A program made the translations under genes and the position numbers. Positions 11,581 to 25,200 of a stretch of 64,000 bases of DNA are shown one piece after another (the stretch's first letter is position 1; each line of letters begins with the position of its first letter). Under the pieces are notes generated by a model, which was given only the letters and a program-made list of their open reading frames with translations, made no database searches and was not told where the DNA came from. Origin of the DNA: Macrostomum lignano (lineage: Eukaryota); NCBI GenBank assembly GCA_002269645.1, contig NIVC01000255.1, positions 124,001 through 188,000 of the forward strand, given 5' to 3'.

Positions 11581-13290
11581 TTGCTGAGTCGGCAATGGGA
11601 GTCGCTGATTGGAGCGGCCACTTTGAGTTGCAGATTTGAGCAGACATTGCGAGTCGGCATTTATCCACTCGAGCTGCTGCTGGAATGTGTGAAAGGCGTG
11701 GAATCTCGCCAGATTGAGTGGCGCGGCCTCAGCTGAGGCTCTGCTGCAGTTGCAGGTCTGATGTGGCTGTCCGAGTCACGTCTCACCGTGGAGCTGCGAT
11801 CGTGACAGCAGCCGAGTTGCTGAGGCCCCGAGAGGAGTGAGGGCTCAGAGCCGCAGCATTGTGATACTCAGCTTTGTTTGAGACAGGCGCAGCTGTCAGT
11901 TAGCGAGATATGAAGTCCGTCCGTGTGCACATGTCGATTAGTCGCTGCGGATCGCTCATGCTGGCTGATCTCACAAGCATTGGCACAGGCGTGTGTTACA
12001 GATTTCGGATTAAAGCTACTACCAGGGAAGACGCAACGAAATTCCTTTTATAAAGATTTACACTGATTTAGTGTATTGTGCATAGATTACGAGTGCAATT
12101 GGATAGTCGCTTTACTCACTGGTAACATTTTACTAGTCGTATGCATGGAAATTGAAGGTGTCTTAAAGTTTGCTGTTTCAGATGATACGGATGATACATA
12201 CATGTACATGTAAAATAACCGCATTTACTCGATCCGTAGCATTGCATGCAGGCTCCAAGAGAACATTTAAACGGGTGGGGGCCGCACAAAGCCAAGATTT
12301 CAGTTCCCAGTCGTTAAACAATAATATATCCCTGTAAGTAGTGTTAAAATAGTCTCATAGTTTCGCGGGTTACGTGTACGTTTAACCATCTGCAGCTGAC
12401 ACACTAGCTTGTGGCATCTCTCCATCAGCTTGCTGATTCTGTTAGTAAATAATAATTCTGTCGGGGTCCTTTGTATCCACGGCTTAATTCAAGACAGAAA
12501 AGGCTGAGCTGCAGTTGCATTTTCATACGCCAGCTATTGGTAAAATATAATTGGTTTTATCTTTAGGAACAGTACCCATGGCAATTTCGGCGAATAGGGT
12601 AGTACTGTATATACGGCACCAGCCTGAATTTCAAGTGCCCAACAGTAGTTTTAAATAGAGCTGTGATGCTTGTGCCATATAGATTTTATTTTGATCTGAT
12701 GTCCATCGTGTCAAAGTCGAACGAAACGGTTTCATTTTATTTAAAGCACACAGTGGGAAAGTGTACCTAATATTAAAAAGTGCTTTTTAAAGTTTTTCAA
12801 AATTGTTCTTTGTTAATGTCGCGACAAATCAAGAATATTTGTTGAAATTTTATTGTTTACGTGGCACTTTTTTAACGTAATTAATTTATCTAAATTTCTA
12901 TAGAGCTTGTTAACATGCTTGATGAGTATTGATCACTAAGTAGTTCAGGTATTTTGACACAGAATCGACCTTTACTTTACTGCTTTACTGTATTATTTAC
13001 ATTTTTAAAGTTTAAGCGAAGTTTGCGTGCTTTGACATCTTTTGGTGAAAAATTGTGATCTAGAGAAGTTTTTTGCTTAATGTCCTACTGTCCTGGCCCT
13101 GGCTATAATTTAGGCCTTTAATTAAGCTATACCTAAAGGCTATGACTTTGCCAGTAAATTAAGAATCACTACCTCTTTGAATTTTGACGCACGAAAATAG
13201 ATTTTAAAGTAAATGTCTCTTGTGGATGCGAAACCTAATGTTCTATCTTATTTTGTACTGTACATAAATAAACCATAAAAGAAAACTAAA

Positions 13291-16200
13291 ATGTCAGAGA
13301 CAGATAAAGTTAAGGTCGCTGTTCGGCTGCGACCTATGAACAAACGAGGTATGCAGACTGTTTTTATTATTCTGATATATATTTAGTAGGTTAGTATTTA
13401 TGCTTAAGCAATTATTTTACCTAACTTTAATATAACTCTAAGTAGCCTTGCCCTTATAGTTATAAGCCTTGTTGCACAACTTATGGTTTGAAAGTAACTT
13501 AAAAATATTTTTATGAAATTAATTTAATTTGTGGTTCATTATTGATTTTTTTATTTAGTTTGTATGAAAATTTTATGTTTTATATAATGTTTTTTGTTTT
13601 ATTTACTATTTAAATGTTATAATAATGTCTAGATCTAATCTATCAATGCTTTGTTATGGGGTATTCAGTAGTAGTAGTAATTCAGTAGTAGTAGTAATTT
13701 GGCTCAGGCAAGAAGCCTGTTTGGCCAGTATATGTCAGTGTATTTAATATTAATATTATTTCGATAGAATGGGATCTGTGCGGCGAGTTTTACAATAATA
13801 TAGTATTTGAAAGGGCGCCAATTTTTTTTTACGAAACTTCAAAAATCTTAAACGGCAAACAAAGCAAAAAGTATTTAAGTAAGGAATTAAAAGACAAGTA
13901 TGGTGTCACTTGAATTCGTAGGTGATAAAAATAAGTTTATATGTATTAATCAAACAAAAAAATCAGATGAAAGGATTGCTGGCAATTATTAGGCATTAAA
14001 TATGAAGGGTATTTTTGAAGCAAATATGTAAGAAAGAAATAACCAAAAATAGAGTGCTTAAATAAAAATAAGGCGCGATTAGAAAAAGAAAATTTTTACA
14101 TAAATAAACGCGTAATACGGGATAGATTGCACCGGTATTGTTTACTCGAAGAGGGGTAGGGACTTAATAGCAAGAGATGCATAGTAGCAAGAGGGAATAG
14201 CAAGTAAAGTATCAAGGTAACCAGGGATTCAATTGGTGTAAGACGGTCAGCAACAGCGTGGTACACATGGTGTTCTCTATAATTTTCATGTCGGTTAAGG
14301 AGGGAGATTTGCTATGAGTTTATAGATCTTCTCGATAGCTAGCAAATCTTTTTTAATTTTTACAATATTAAATATATTAAAAATTTCATAAAGATTTCAT
14401 AAAGAAATTTCAAAAGATTCATAAGGTATTTAATATATTAAATACATTTTTATATTATTTTATATCTACTTTACTACTTTACTTTACTTAACTGCATCTT
14501 ATTATAATATTGATCTCTTTAAGAAGTTAAAACTCTAGACCTAAAATAGAATATAAAAAATATATTAAAAATTTCATAAAGATTTCATAAAGAAATTTTA
14601 AAAGATTCATAAGGTATTTAATATATTAAATACATTTTTATATTATTTTATATCTACTTTACTACTTTACTTTACTTAACTGCATCTTATTATAATATTG
14701 ATCTCTTTAAGAAGTTAAAACTCTAGACCTAAAATAGAATATAAAAAATAACTCTTTAGTATTTTTTGGCCAAATTTGGCTATGTCAATAAAGTTTTGTT
14801 TTGTTTAAATAAAAAATCTCATTTTAACTTTATAATATAGTTTCTATGTATATAATTTTTTCCAAGGCTTAAAATGTATGTATAAAATAATTATATGTAA
14901 TCATGCTATTCAAATATTGTACTTTTCTTAGAAATTAAATCTATGCAAGATGCTAAATATTAGTTTTTTGAATGTACCAACTAGTTGTTATAATAATAAT
15001 ATGGTAAATCATTTGTTTTAATGCACAAAATAAATGAGAAAAATATTTTTGTTATAATTATATTGGGAAATTTGGGATATATATAGGAATGAGTTTTCTA
15101 ACAAATAAACCAACTGTCTAGATATCTATGAGTAACTATTGTGAGCAATAAAAGCAGTTTAATCTTTAAGCTCCTAAAGTCTTTTAAGTTAAGCAACTTA
15201 TTTATTTAAAAAGGCTAGAAACAATGCTAAGAAATTTGCTAAAACATATTAAGAAAGGTGCCATGGCCCATGACTTATGTAAGTCCTGGTAATGCCCGAT
15301 TGGACTAACACATGTACCAGTATTAGACTGCTCAGGCTATACTCCAAATGCTACCAGAGCTATACATAAGATGCTACTAGAACCATACATAAGATGTTAC
15401 CAGAAATATATCAAATGAAGTTCTAGGAAATAGTTAGAAATATTAAGATAGAAGTTCGTTAAGCTTAGCACAACTTGGTGGCATTTAGAGGATTTTGTAA
15501 GCCCTATAACAAATAATAATATAGTAGGTTGTTATAAAAGCTTAATATTTTGAAAGTAATTATTAGGTCCTTATAATCATATCCTATGATTTTTTTATTT
15601 TTAACTATTAGTAAACATTTTAAAATAAAGCAATATAGCTTAAAATAGTAATATAGAAGTCAAAGATAAGCAGGTATTTCAAAGAAATACCATAGGTTCA
15701 ATTAAAGCTATACTTATTATAGATTGACTCTGATAGTATAATACTATATTAGATAACAAAATCAATATTCTATTATATAAAATAAAAATTAGGTGGGTGT
15801 TTGCTTAAAACCAATGGTCAAATCTTAGATTTCAATCCGAAATGATGCAATGAATGCTTCACCTACAGTTCTTGTCTCAATTATTAGTGATACAATTTGT
15901 GCTATAAAGCCCTAGCTTAGGTTAAATCAATAATTTATTCATCTTGTACTTTGAAAAGTAATGGTAGTTATTTTTTAACATTGTTATTACTTTCAATAGA
16001 GCTGGAGCTACAGACAACATGCATTGTGGAGATGAAAGACAATCAAACATTTTTGCATTCACCTCATAGGTGAGTCATGTTATATTTGTTAAATCATTTT
16101 TTAAAAATATGATTGGATGTTTCTTTCTTTATAATTGAATTTTATAACATTTTTAGCAATTTGGATGGTGGCTCAAAGCAGCCTAAAGTATTTGCTTTTG

Positions 16201-19200
16201 ATCATTGCTTCTGGTCTATGGATCCTGAAGATTCACGGTTTGCAAGTAAGTCAATTTTTCTTTCTATTGAAAATCTGAAACAAGTTAAGTTTATAGTCAT
16301 GTGTCATTATTTTAATCCCTATTGTAATTGACGCTTATTAAAAAGTTTTGAAAATGAGGCTTTTTGGGTTAAATTTTTTGATAGTACCAAATGAAAAATC
16401 TAGAAGAGAGACCCACTGAAGGATCTGGAAGAGGGACCCACTGAAGGATCTGGAAGAGGGACCCACTGAAGCATCTAAAAGAGGGACCCCCTGAAGGATC
16501 TGGAAGTGAGACCCACTGAAGGATCTAGAAGAGGGACCCACTGAAGGATCTGGAAGAGGGACCCACTGAAGGATCTGGAAGAGGGACCCACTGAAGGATC
16601 TAAAAGAGGGACCCACTGAAGGATCTGAAAGAGGGACCCACTGAAGGATCTGGAAGAGGGACCCACTGAAGGATCTGGAAGTGGGACCCACTGAAGGATC
16701 TGGAAGTGGGACCCACTGAAGTATCTGGAAGAGGGACCCACTGAAGGATCTGGAAGTGGGACCCACTGAAGGATCTGGAAGAGGGACCCACTGAAGGATC
16801 TGGAAGTGGGACCCACTGAAGGATCTGGAAGAGGGACCCAATGAAGGATCTGGAAGAGGCTCCCACTGAAGGATCTGGAAGAGATACCCAATGAAGGAGC
16901 TGGAAGAGGGACCCACTGAAGGATCTGGAAGAGACACCCAATGAAGGATCTGGAAGAGGCTCCCACTGAAGGATCTGGAAGAGATACCCAATGAAGGATC
17001 TGGAAGAGGCACTCACTGAAGGATCTGGATTAGTTGATGAGGCTAAATGTTTTGAATACACAAAGAGTCAGCAGCTTCAGTGAGACTGGAATCTGCATTG
17101 TGAGCAGTTTAGCACTCCAATTACTCAATTTCGCACGTACACGCTGCCAGGTCAAGCTGACGTATTCGAAGCCCTTGGCACCTGCGTGTTGGACAGCGCA
17201 TTCCAAGGCTACAACGGATGCATATTCGCCTACGGCCAGACAGGCTCGGGGAAATCCTACACAATGATGGGATCGCAGGACACTCAGAAGGGGATCATTC
17301 CCCGACTATGCGATGCAATGTTCAATAGGATTCAATCGCAGGGCGCCACGGACGATTCCGTCAGCTGCAAAGTGGAAGTCAGCTATATTGAAATCTACAA
17401 TGAGAAAGTGCACGATCTGCTGGATTTGTCCGGACCGAAGAAGTACTTGAAAGTTCGAGAACACAATATCTTGGGTCCGTATGTTGATGGATTGTCCCAA
17501 CTGGTTGTGTCCTCTTTTGAGGTGAGTGGTTTTATTAACTACTATAATGGATTTTATTTAGGACAGATTGAGTAGGTTTGCATGCACATCTCAGATCAGT
17601 TGAGTAGGTTTGCATGCAGATCTCAGATCAATTGAGTAGGTTTGCATGCAGATCTCAGATCAATTGAGTAGGTTTGCATGCAGATCTCAGATCAATTGAG
17701 TAGGTTTGCATGCAGATCTCAGATCAATTGAGTAGGTTTGCATGTAGATCTCAGATCAATTGAGTAGGTTTGCATGCAGATCTCAGATCAATTGAGTAGG
17801 TTTGCATGCAGATCTCAGATCAGTTGAGTAGGTTTGCATGCAGATAGCTCAGATCAATTGAGTAGGTTTGCATGCAGATCTCAGATCAGTTGAGTAGGTT
17901 TGCATGCAGATAGCTCAGATCAATTGAGTAGGTTTGCATGCAGATCTCAGATCAGTTGAGTAGGTTTGCATGCAGATAGCTCAGATCAATTGAGTAGGTT
18001 TGCATGCAGATAGCTCAGATCAATTGAGTAGGTTTGCATGTAGATAGCTCAGATCAGTTGAGTAGGTTTGCATGCAGATAGCTCAGATCAATTGAGTAGG
18101 TTTGCATGCAGATAGCTCAGATCAATTGAGTAGGTTTGCATGTAGATAGCTCAGATCAGTTGAGTAGGTTTGCATGCAGATCTCAGATCAATTGAGTAGG
18201 TTTGCATGCAGATCTCAGATCAATTGAGTAGGTTTGCATGCAGATCTCAGATCAATTGAGTAGGTTTGCATGCAGATCTCAGATCAGTTGAGTAGGTTTG
18301 CATGCAGATCTCAGATCAGTTGAGTAGGTTTGCATGCAGATAGCTCAGATCAGTTGAGTAGGTTTGCATGTAGATCTCAGATCAGTTGAGTAGGTTTGCA
18401 TGCAGATCTCAGATCAGTTGAGTAGGTTTGCATGCACATCTCAGATCAGTTGAGTAGGTTTGCATGCAGATCTCAGATCAATTGAGTAGGTTTGCATGTA
18501 GATCTCAGATCAATTGAGTAGGTTTGCATGCAGATCTCAGATCAATTGAGTAGGTTTGCATGCAGATCTCAGATCAGTTGAGTAGGTTTGCATGCAGATA
18601 GCTCAGATCAATTGAGTAGGTTTGCATGCAGATCTCAGATCAGTTGAGTAGGTTTGCATGCAGATAGCTCAGATCAATTGAGTAGGTTTGCATGCAGATC
18701 TCAGATCAGTTGAGTAGGTTTGCATGCAGATAGCTCAGATCAATTGAGTAGGTTTGCATGCAGATAGCTCAGATCAATTGAGTAGGTTTGCATGTAGATA
18801 GCTCAGATCAGTTGAGTAGGTTTGCATGCAGATAGCTCAGATCAATTGAGTAGGTTTGCATGCAGATAGCTCAGATCAATTGAGTAGGTTTGCATGTAGA
18901 TAGCTCAGATCAGTTGAGTAGGTTTGCATGCAGATCTCAGATCAATTGAGTAGGTTTGCATGCAGATCTCAGATCAATTGAGTAGGTTTGCATGCAGATC
19001 TCAGATCAATTGAGTAGGTTTGCATGCAGATCTCAGATCAGTTGAGTAGGTTTGCATGCAGATCTCAGATCAGTTGAGTAGGTTTGCATGCAGATCTCAG
19101 ATCAGTTGAGTAGGTTTGCATGCAGATCTCAGATCAGTTGAGTAGGTTTGCATGCAGATCTCAGATCAATTGAGTAGGTTTGCATGTAGATAGCTCAGAT

Positions 19201-22200
19201 CAGTTGAGTAGGTTTGCATGCAGATAGCTCAGATCAGTTGAGTAGGTTTGCATGTAGATCTCAGATCAGTTGAGTAGGTTTGCATGCAGATCTCAGATCA
19301 GTTGAGTAGGTTTGCATGCAGATAGCTCAGATCAGTTGAGTAGGTTTGCATGCAGATAGCTCAGATCAGTTGAGTAGGTTTGCATGCAGATCTCAGATCA
19401 ATTGAGTAGGTTTGCATGCAGATCTCAGATCAGTTGAGTAGGTTTGCATGCAGATAGCTCAGATCAGTTGAGTAGGTTTGCATGCAGATAGCTCAGATCA
19501 GTTGAGTAGGTTTGCATGCAGATCTCAGATCAGTTGAGTAGGTTTGCATGCAGATAGCTCAGATCAGTTGAGTAGGTTTGCATGTAGATCTCAGATCAGT
19601 TGAGTAGGTTTGCATGCAGATCTCAGATCAGTTGAGTAGGTTTGCATGCAGATCTCAGATCAGTTGAGTAGGTTTGCATGCAGATAGCTCAGATCAGTTG
19701 AGTAGGTTTGCATGCAGATCTCAGATCAGTTGAGTAGGTTTGCATGCAGATAGCTCAGATCAGTTGAGTAGGTTTGCATGCAGATAGCTCAGATCAGTTG
19801 AGTAGGTTTGCATGCAGATCTCAGATCAATTGAGTAGGTTTGCATGCAGATCTCAGATCAGTTGAGTAGGTTTGCATGCAGATAGCTCAGATCAGTTGAG
19901 TAGGTTTGCATGCAGATAGCTCAGATCAGTTGAGTAGGTTTGCATGCAGATCTCAGATCAGTTGAGTAGGTTTGCATGCAGATAGCTCAGATCAGTTGAG
20001 TAGGTTTGCATGTAGATCTCAGATCAGTTGAGTAGGTTTGCATGCAGATCTCAGATCAGTTGAGTAGGTTTGCATGCAGATCTCAGATCAGTTGAGTAGG
20101 TTTGCATGCAGATAGCTCAGATCAGTTGAGTAGGTTTGCATGCAGATCTCAGATCAGTTGAGTAGGTTTGCATGCAGATAGCAGCAGATCTCAGATCGGT
20201 CATACAAAGGGAAGTGATATGCAAAAGTAAATATCGATAAAATGAGTAAGTGGCTTGGATAATGAAAGAGAGTTGAGTGAATGAAGTGAGCGACAGGACC
20301 GCTCGGGCAGAGATAGAGAGATTCGGAGAATTGAATTGACGCCCGTGCGGGCAGTGGAACTTGACTGCATGCGAGGAGTTCGGGGGCTCCAACTAACACG
20401 GATGATTTAGAAGGGGAGCCGAGCTGCAGCTGGGGAGGCTGGGGGCTCTTGGGACTTTTTTGGCGGGAATAGCTTATAAGAGCTTGTAGAAAGAATTTTC
20501 CCACCATCGAATGCAGCGAACACAGAAAGGGAGCGGCGGTCGTCCCGCATAGAAATCTAATTTTTATCCCCAAGGCTATCCTCTTCTAGCCTTCCATCCT
20601 TGCTTTGCCTATTTTTTCACCCTCAATCCTTATCCTGTGCCGGGGGGCTGGGTCCATGGACTCCTACATCTAGAACCTGGACCTAACTCTTATTTTAAAG
20701 CTTAAATGAAAGTCTTCGCGGTATTTGAGTATGAAAACAATGATTGAAATCAAGATTGATAGGGTCATAAATAAAAGTTGGTTGAATTGTTTTGTGCGTG
20801 TTCTGGTGTGAACTCCAGATTCTGGCTCTGGTGTAATCCATGACTTTATAAGACTCTTGCCTACTGAAGTGTCTTGTCTTGTCTCCACACAGAGTTTGTT
20901 ATCTCCTCTACACACGCTGCGTGCACCTGCTAAAGCTCCAAGTTATCAGTTGTGTAGTGTGAGCTATGCTAGCTTGCAGGCTCTGTGATATCTGTTCAGT
21001 GTGTTGTGTGTCATTTACCAACGTCTTTTAACTGGTCTTTTCCCGGTTCTCCTATGTCAGTTTTTTTAGCGGCCCATTTGTACACGCAGGAACAGCACTC
21101 GTACACACGCTCACACGGGGTGTACATCGGTCCTTTGACTTTCTAATACTGTCAGGCATAGATATAGCCGCGCCCCGAATCAACACGATAGGGGTCGTGG
21201 TGTGAGATTTGGACTTGTTTACCCTTGTGAGCTCTTCTGCCATTCTGCCAATTGCTTTCGAAGGGAGAATGAGAGGGATGGAGAGAGTAAGAGGGAGAGA
21301 GTGAGAGGGAAAGAGAGTGAGGGGTAGAGAGAGTGAGAGGGTCGAGGGAGAGATTGTGAGAGGGTGAGATAGTGTGAGAGTGAGTGAGAGTGAGAGAGTG
21401 TGGGAGGGGTAGAGAGAGTGGGATGGAGAGAGAGAGAGAGAGTGAGAGTGAGAGTGAGAGGGACAGAGTGTGAGATGGAGAATGAGAGTGAGAGTGAGAT
21501 GGAGAGAGATTTAGAGTGAGTGTCCTTCCCATCTCGCCCTGTGTCCTTTCCCAAGCTCACCCATCCGTTCCTCAAGCTTCTTTATCTTCATGTCCCTCCA
21601 GTACGGCCTCTGTCCCCAGCTGCCCCCCTCCCTCAGTCTGTCATCTGTGATTTTTTATATTCTTTAGCCGTTCTGTCTATATATTTTTATTACTTTCCTC
21701 AAATCCTGCCAGGTCTGGTGGCAGAGCGGACTAAACTGATTAAATTTTGCCTTTCTACTCGTATTCCATCTGTGCCATCGCCATTGTCAATTTCCCATTT
21801 GTAGATCTGTCCATTGTGCTCTCAATCTCCCACTCTGTCTCCGCTTCCTTCCCCCTCCTGTCCCGCTTTTTTGTTACTTGATTCTTGATTAAAATCGCAT
21901 CATGGACTGTTATCCGGAGATCTGGATTAGAAAGCCATGGCCATTTAAACTCCAGGTCTCCAGTGCATCTTTTAACTGTCTATTTCATTATCAGCATTGC
22001 CCTGATTGAATTTCTGGTTTACAATAGTACTTTTAATTATAGTATAGTACCGTAATAAAAGCCTTATATACATAAAATTTGCATATGAATGAGTGAGGGG
22101 CGGTAGCGTGCTTGAACATTCAATCGAGTTTGATAACAATTATAATCATAATAGTGTAATATTAATAATTCTATATGAATGTGCATATCTGTAGTTGGTT

Positions 22201-25200
22201 GCTTCAATTGCATACAGGGGATTTGGTTACTCTAATAAACTTGAGGCTGGCTCAAGCCCCAACTCAACATCAGAGGGACTAATGTATGCATCGGCTAGAG
22301 GGTCAAGCCATTGATTAGATGTCAGGGCTTAACTTGAGCCTCTTTGCTTTGCAATTTCTTCTTTTTTTCCTATATACTTGCTGTATATGTGTTACATAAT
22401 CTCAACCGATTCTGGATTAGGCTCCTGAATTCCTGGTCGCTTGCGTCCGCCTTTCAGTATGTTGAGGATGTTGGGGAGTTTTTTGTACCAGCTGAATCAG
22501 TATTGCTGTATTTGTATTTTTATGTATTTCTTTCTCTATATGTAGCATTTTTGGATTGGATATTTTTGTATATCTGTATAGCTGAGAGAGTAGTAATATG
22601 AGAGATTAGATTAGATCTGAGAGATGGGATCTGAGAGATGTGATGTGGAGTTGTAATATGAGAGATTGAATCTCAGAGATGGGATCTGAGAGATGGGATC
22701 TGAAAGATGGGATCTGAGAGATGGGATCTGAGAGATGGGATCTGAGAGATGGGATCTGAGAGATGGGATCTGAGAGATGGGATCTGAGAGATGTGATGTG
22801 GAGTTGTGATATGAGAGCTGGGATCTGAGAGATGGGATCTGAGAGATGAGATCTGAGAGATGGGATGTGGAGTTGTAATATGAGAGATTGGATCTGAGAG
22901 ATGGGATCTGAAAGATGGGATCTGAAAGATGAGATCTGAGAGATGGGATCTGAGAGATGTAATGTGGAGTTGTAATATGAGAGATTGGATCTGAGAGATG
23001 GGATCTGAAAGATGGGATCTGAAAGATGAGATCTGAGAGATGGGATCTGATAGATGGGATCTGAGAGATGTGATGTGGAGTTGTAATATGAGAGATTGAA
23101 TCTCAGAGATTGAATCTCAGAGATGGGATCTGAGAGATGGGATCTGAAAGATGGGATCTCAGAGATGGGATCTGAGAGATGGGATCTGAAAGATGGGATC
23201 TGAGAGATGGGATCTGAGAGATGGGATCTGAGAGATGGGATCTGAGAGATGGGATCTGAGAGATGAGATCTGAGAGATGGGATCTGAGAGATGGGATCTG
23301 GGAGATGGGATCTAGGAGATGGGATCTGAGAGATGGGATCTGGGAGATGGGATCTAGGAGATGGGATCTGAGAGATGGGATCTGAGAGATGGGATCTAGG
23401 AGATGGGATTAGAGAGATGGTGAAGCTATATAGAAGTAATATATAGAAGTAGATGCCACAGTTCAACAATCATAACCGCTAATGCACCACCAACACCAAC
23501 AACACACAGGACATCGATAGCCTGATGAACGAGGGCAACAAGTCTCGCACTGTGGCCGCCACCAACATGAACAACGAGAGCAGTAGATCTCACGCTGTGT
23601 TCAACATCACCCTGACACAGACCGTCAGCGACTGTCAGCTGGATGTACAAGGCGAGAAAGTCAGCAAGTTGAGTCTGGTCGACCTCGCTGGCAGCGAGAG
23701 AGCCGTGAAAACCGGAGCAGTCGGCGACCGACTTCGCGAAGGTTCAAACATCAACAAGTCGCTGACAACCCTCGGCTTAGTGATCTCAGCTCTGGCTGAT
23801 AACTCCAAGACTAAGAAATTTGTACCTTACAGAGACTCAGTGCTCACCTGGTTGCTCAAAGACAATCTGGGGGGTAATTCTCGCACCTTGATGGTTGCCA
23901 CGCTGAGTCCGGCTGGCGATAACTATGAGGAGACTCTGTCAACTCTGCGCTATGCCGATCGAGCTAAACGAATCGTCAACCACGCTGTTGTGAATGAAGA
24001 TCCCAATGCTAGAATTATTCGAGAGCTTAGAGAGGAAGTTGAAACCTTGAAAGCTCAACTGGAAAGTGCTCAAGCTGTTGCTGCTCCGCAGCTGACTGAG
24101 AAACTGCAGGAGAGCGAGAAACTGATGAAGGAGATGTCCAAGACTTGGGAGGAGAAACTGCTGGAGACTGAAAGACGGCACAAGGAGAGACACGAAGCCC
24201 TAGAGAAGATGGGCGTCTCAGTGCAGGCCAGCGGGATCAGGGTGGACTCGAGCTCGTGCTATCTGGTCAACCTCAATGCCGATCCCAGCCTCAATGAGCT
24301 GCTTGTGTACTATTTGAAGGTGAGACTAGGGTGAGACTAGGCTGAGACTAGAGCAAGACTAGGGTGAGACTAGAATGCGACTATCGTGCGACTAGGGTGA
24401 GACTAGAGTGAGACTAGAATGAGACTAGGGTGAGACTAGAATGCGACTATCGTGCGACTAGGGTGAGACTAGAGTGAGACTAGAATGAGACTAGGGTGAG
24501 ACTAGAATGCGACTATCGTGCGACTAGGGCGAGACTAAGGTGAGACTAAGGGGAGACTAAGGTGAGACTAGGGTGAGACTAGGGTGAGACTAAGGGGAGA
24601 CTAGGGTGAGACTAAGGGGAGACTAGGGTGAGACTAGAGTGAGACTAGGGCAAAACGAGGGTGAGACTAGAGTGAGACTTGAGTAAGACTAGGGTGAGAC
24701 TAGATTGAGAATAGAGTGAGACTAGAGGGAGATCACAGACACAGTGAACCTATAAGCATGTCATGTCAGCAGGCTCCATAAACAGAAAATAAAATGCTGA
24801 CTCACACATTTCACTCCCTGTGCACTCAATATGCTCACATATCAGTAAGTAAAATTTATTATCAGATTTGCTATCAAAAAACCAGACTTTAGGAACACCT
24901 GCCCTAATCGAGGTACACTTAATTAATTAGTCTTATTAGCTAATGTAATCTGCAATATACTGAAAAGTAATAGGGGGTTAGGCAATCTCAACATGTTAAT
25001 TAAATGCACTGCAATCCTTACTTGATTAATAATAAGAATTCTGATATAAATAGTGTTAAATAAAATTCAGAATTTGCGCATGTGACATTTTTGAGCCGAA
25101 GAGCACTAGAGCTGGGTGTTTCTAATTTGCATAGATTGCAGACTTTTGCAGTGTCAAGTCAATAACATTTTGCTTGCCCATATTCTCTGATCTATTTTGC

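Noticed and set aside
17567-20195. Possible CRISPR array (~40-bp repeats)
   Set aside because: Units are directly adjacent with no unique spacers, there are no cas genes, and the context is eukaryotic.
20117-22000. Possible retroelement remnants in the long KIF13 intron
   Set aside because: No RT, endonuclease or gag motifs recognisable in any frame.
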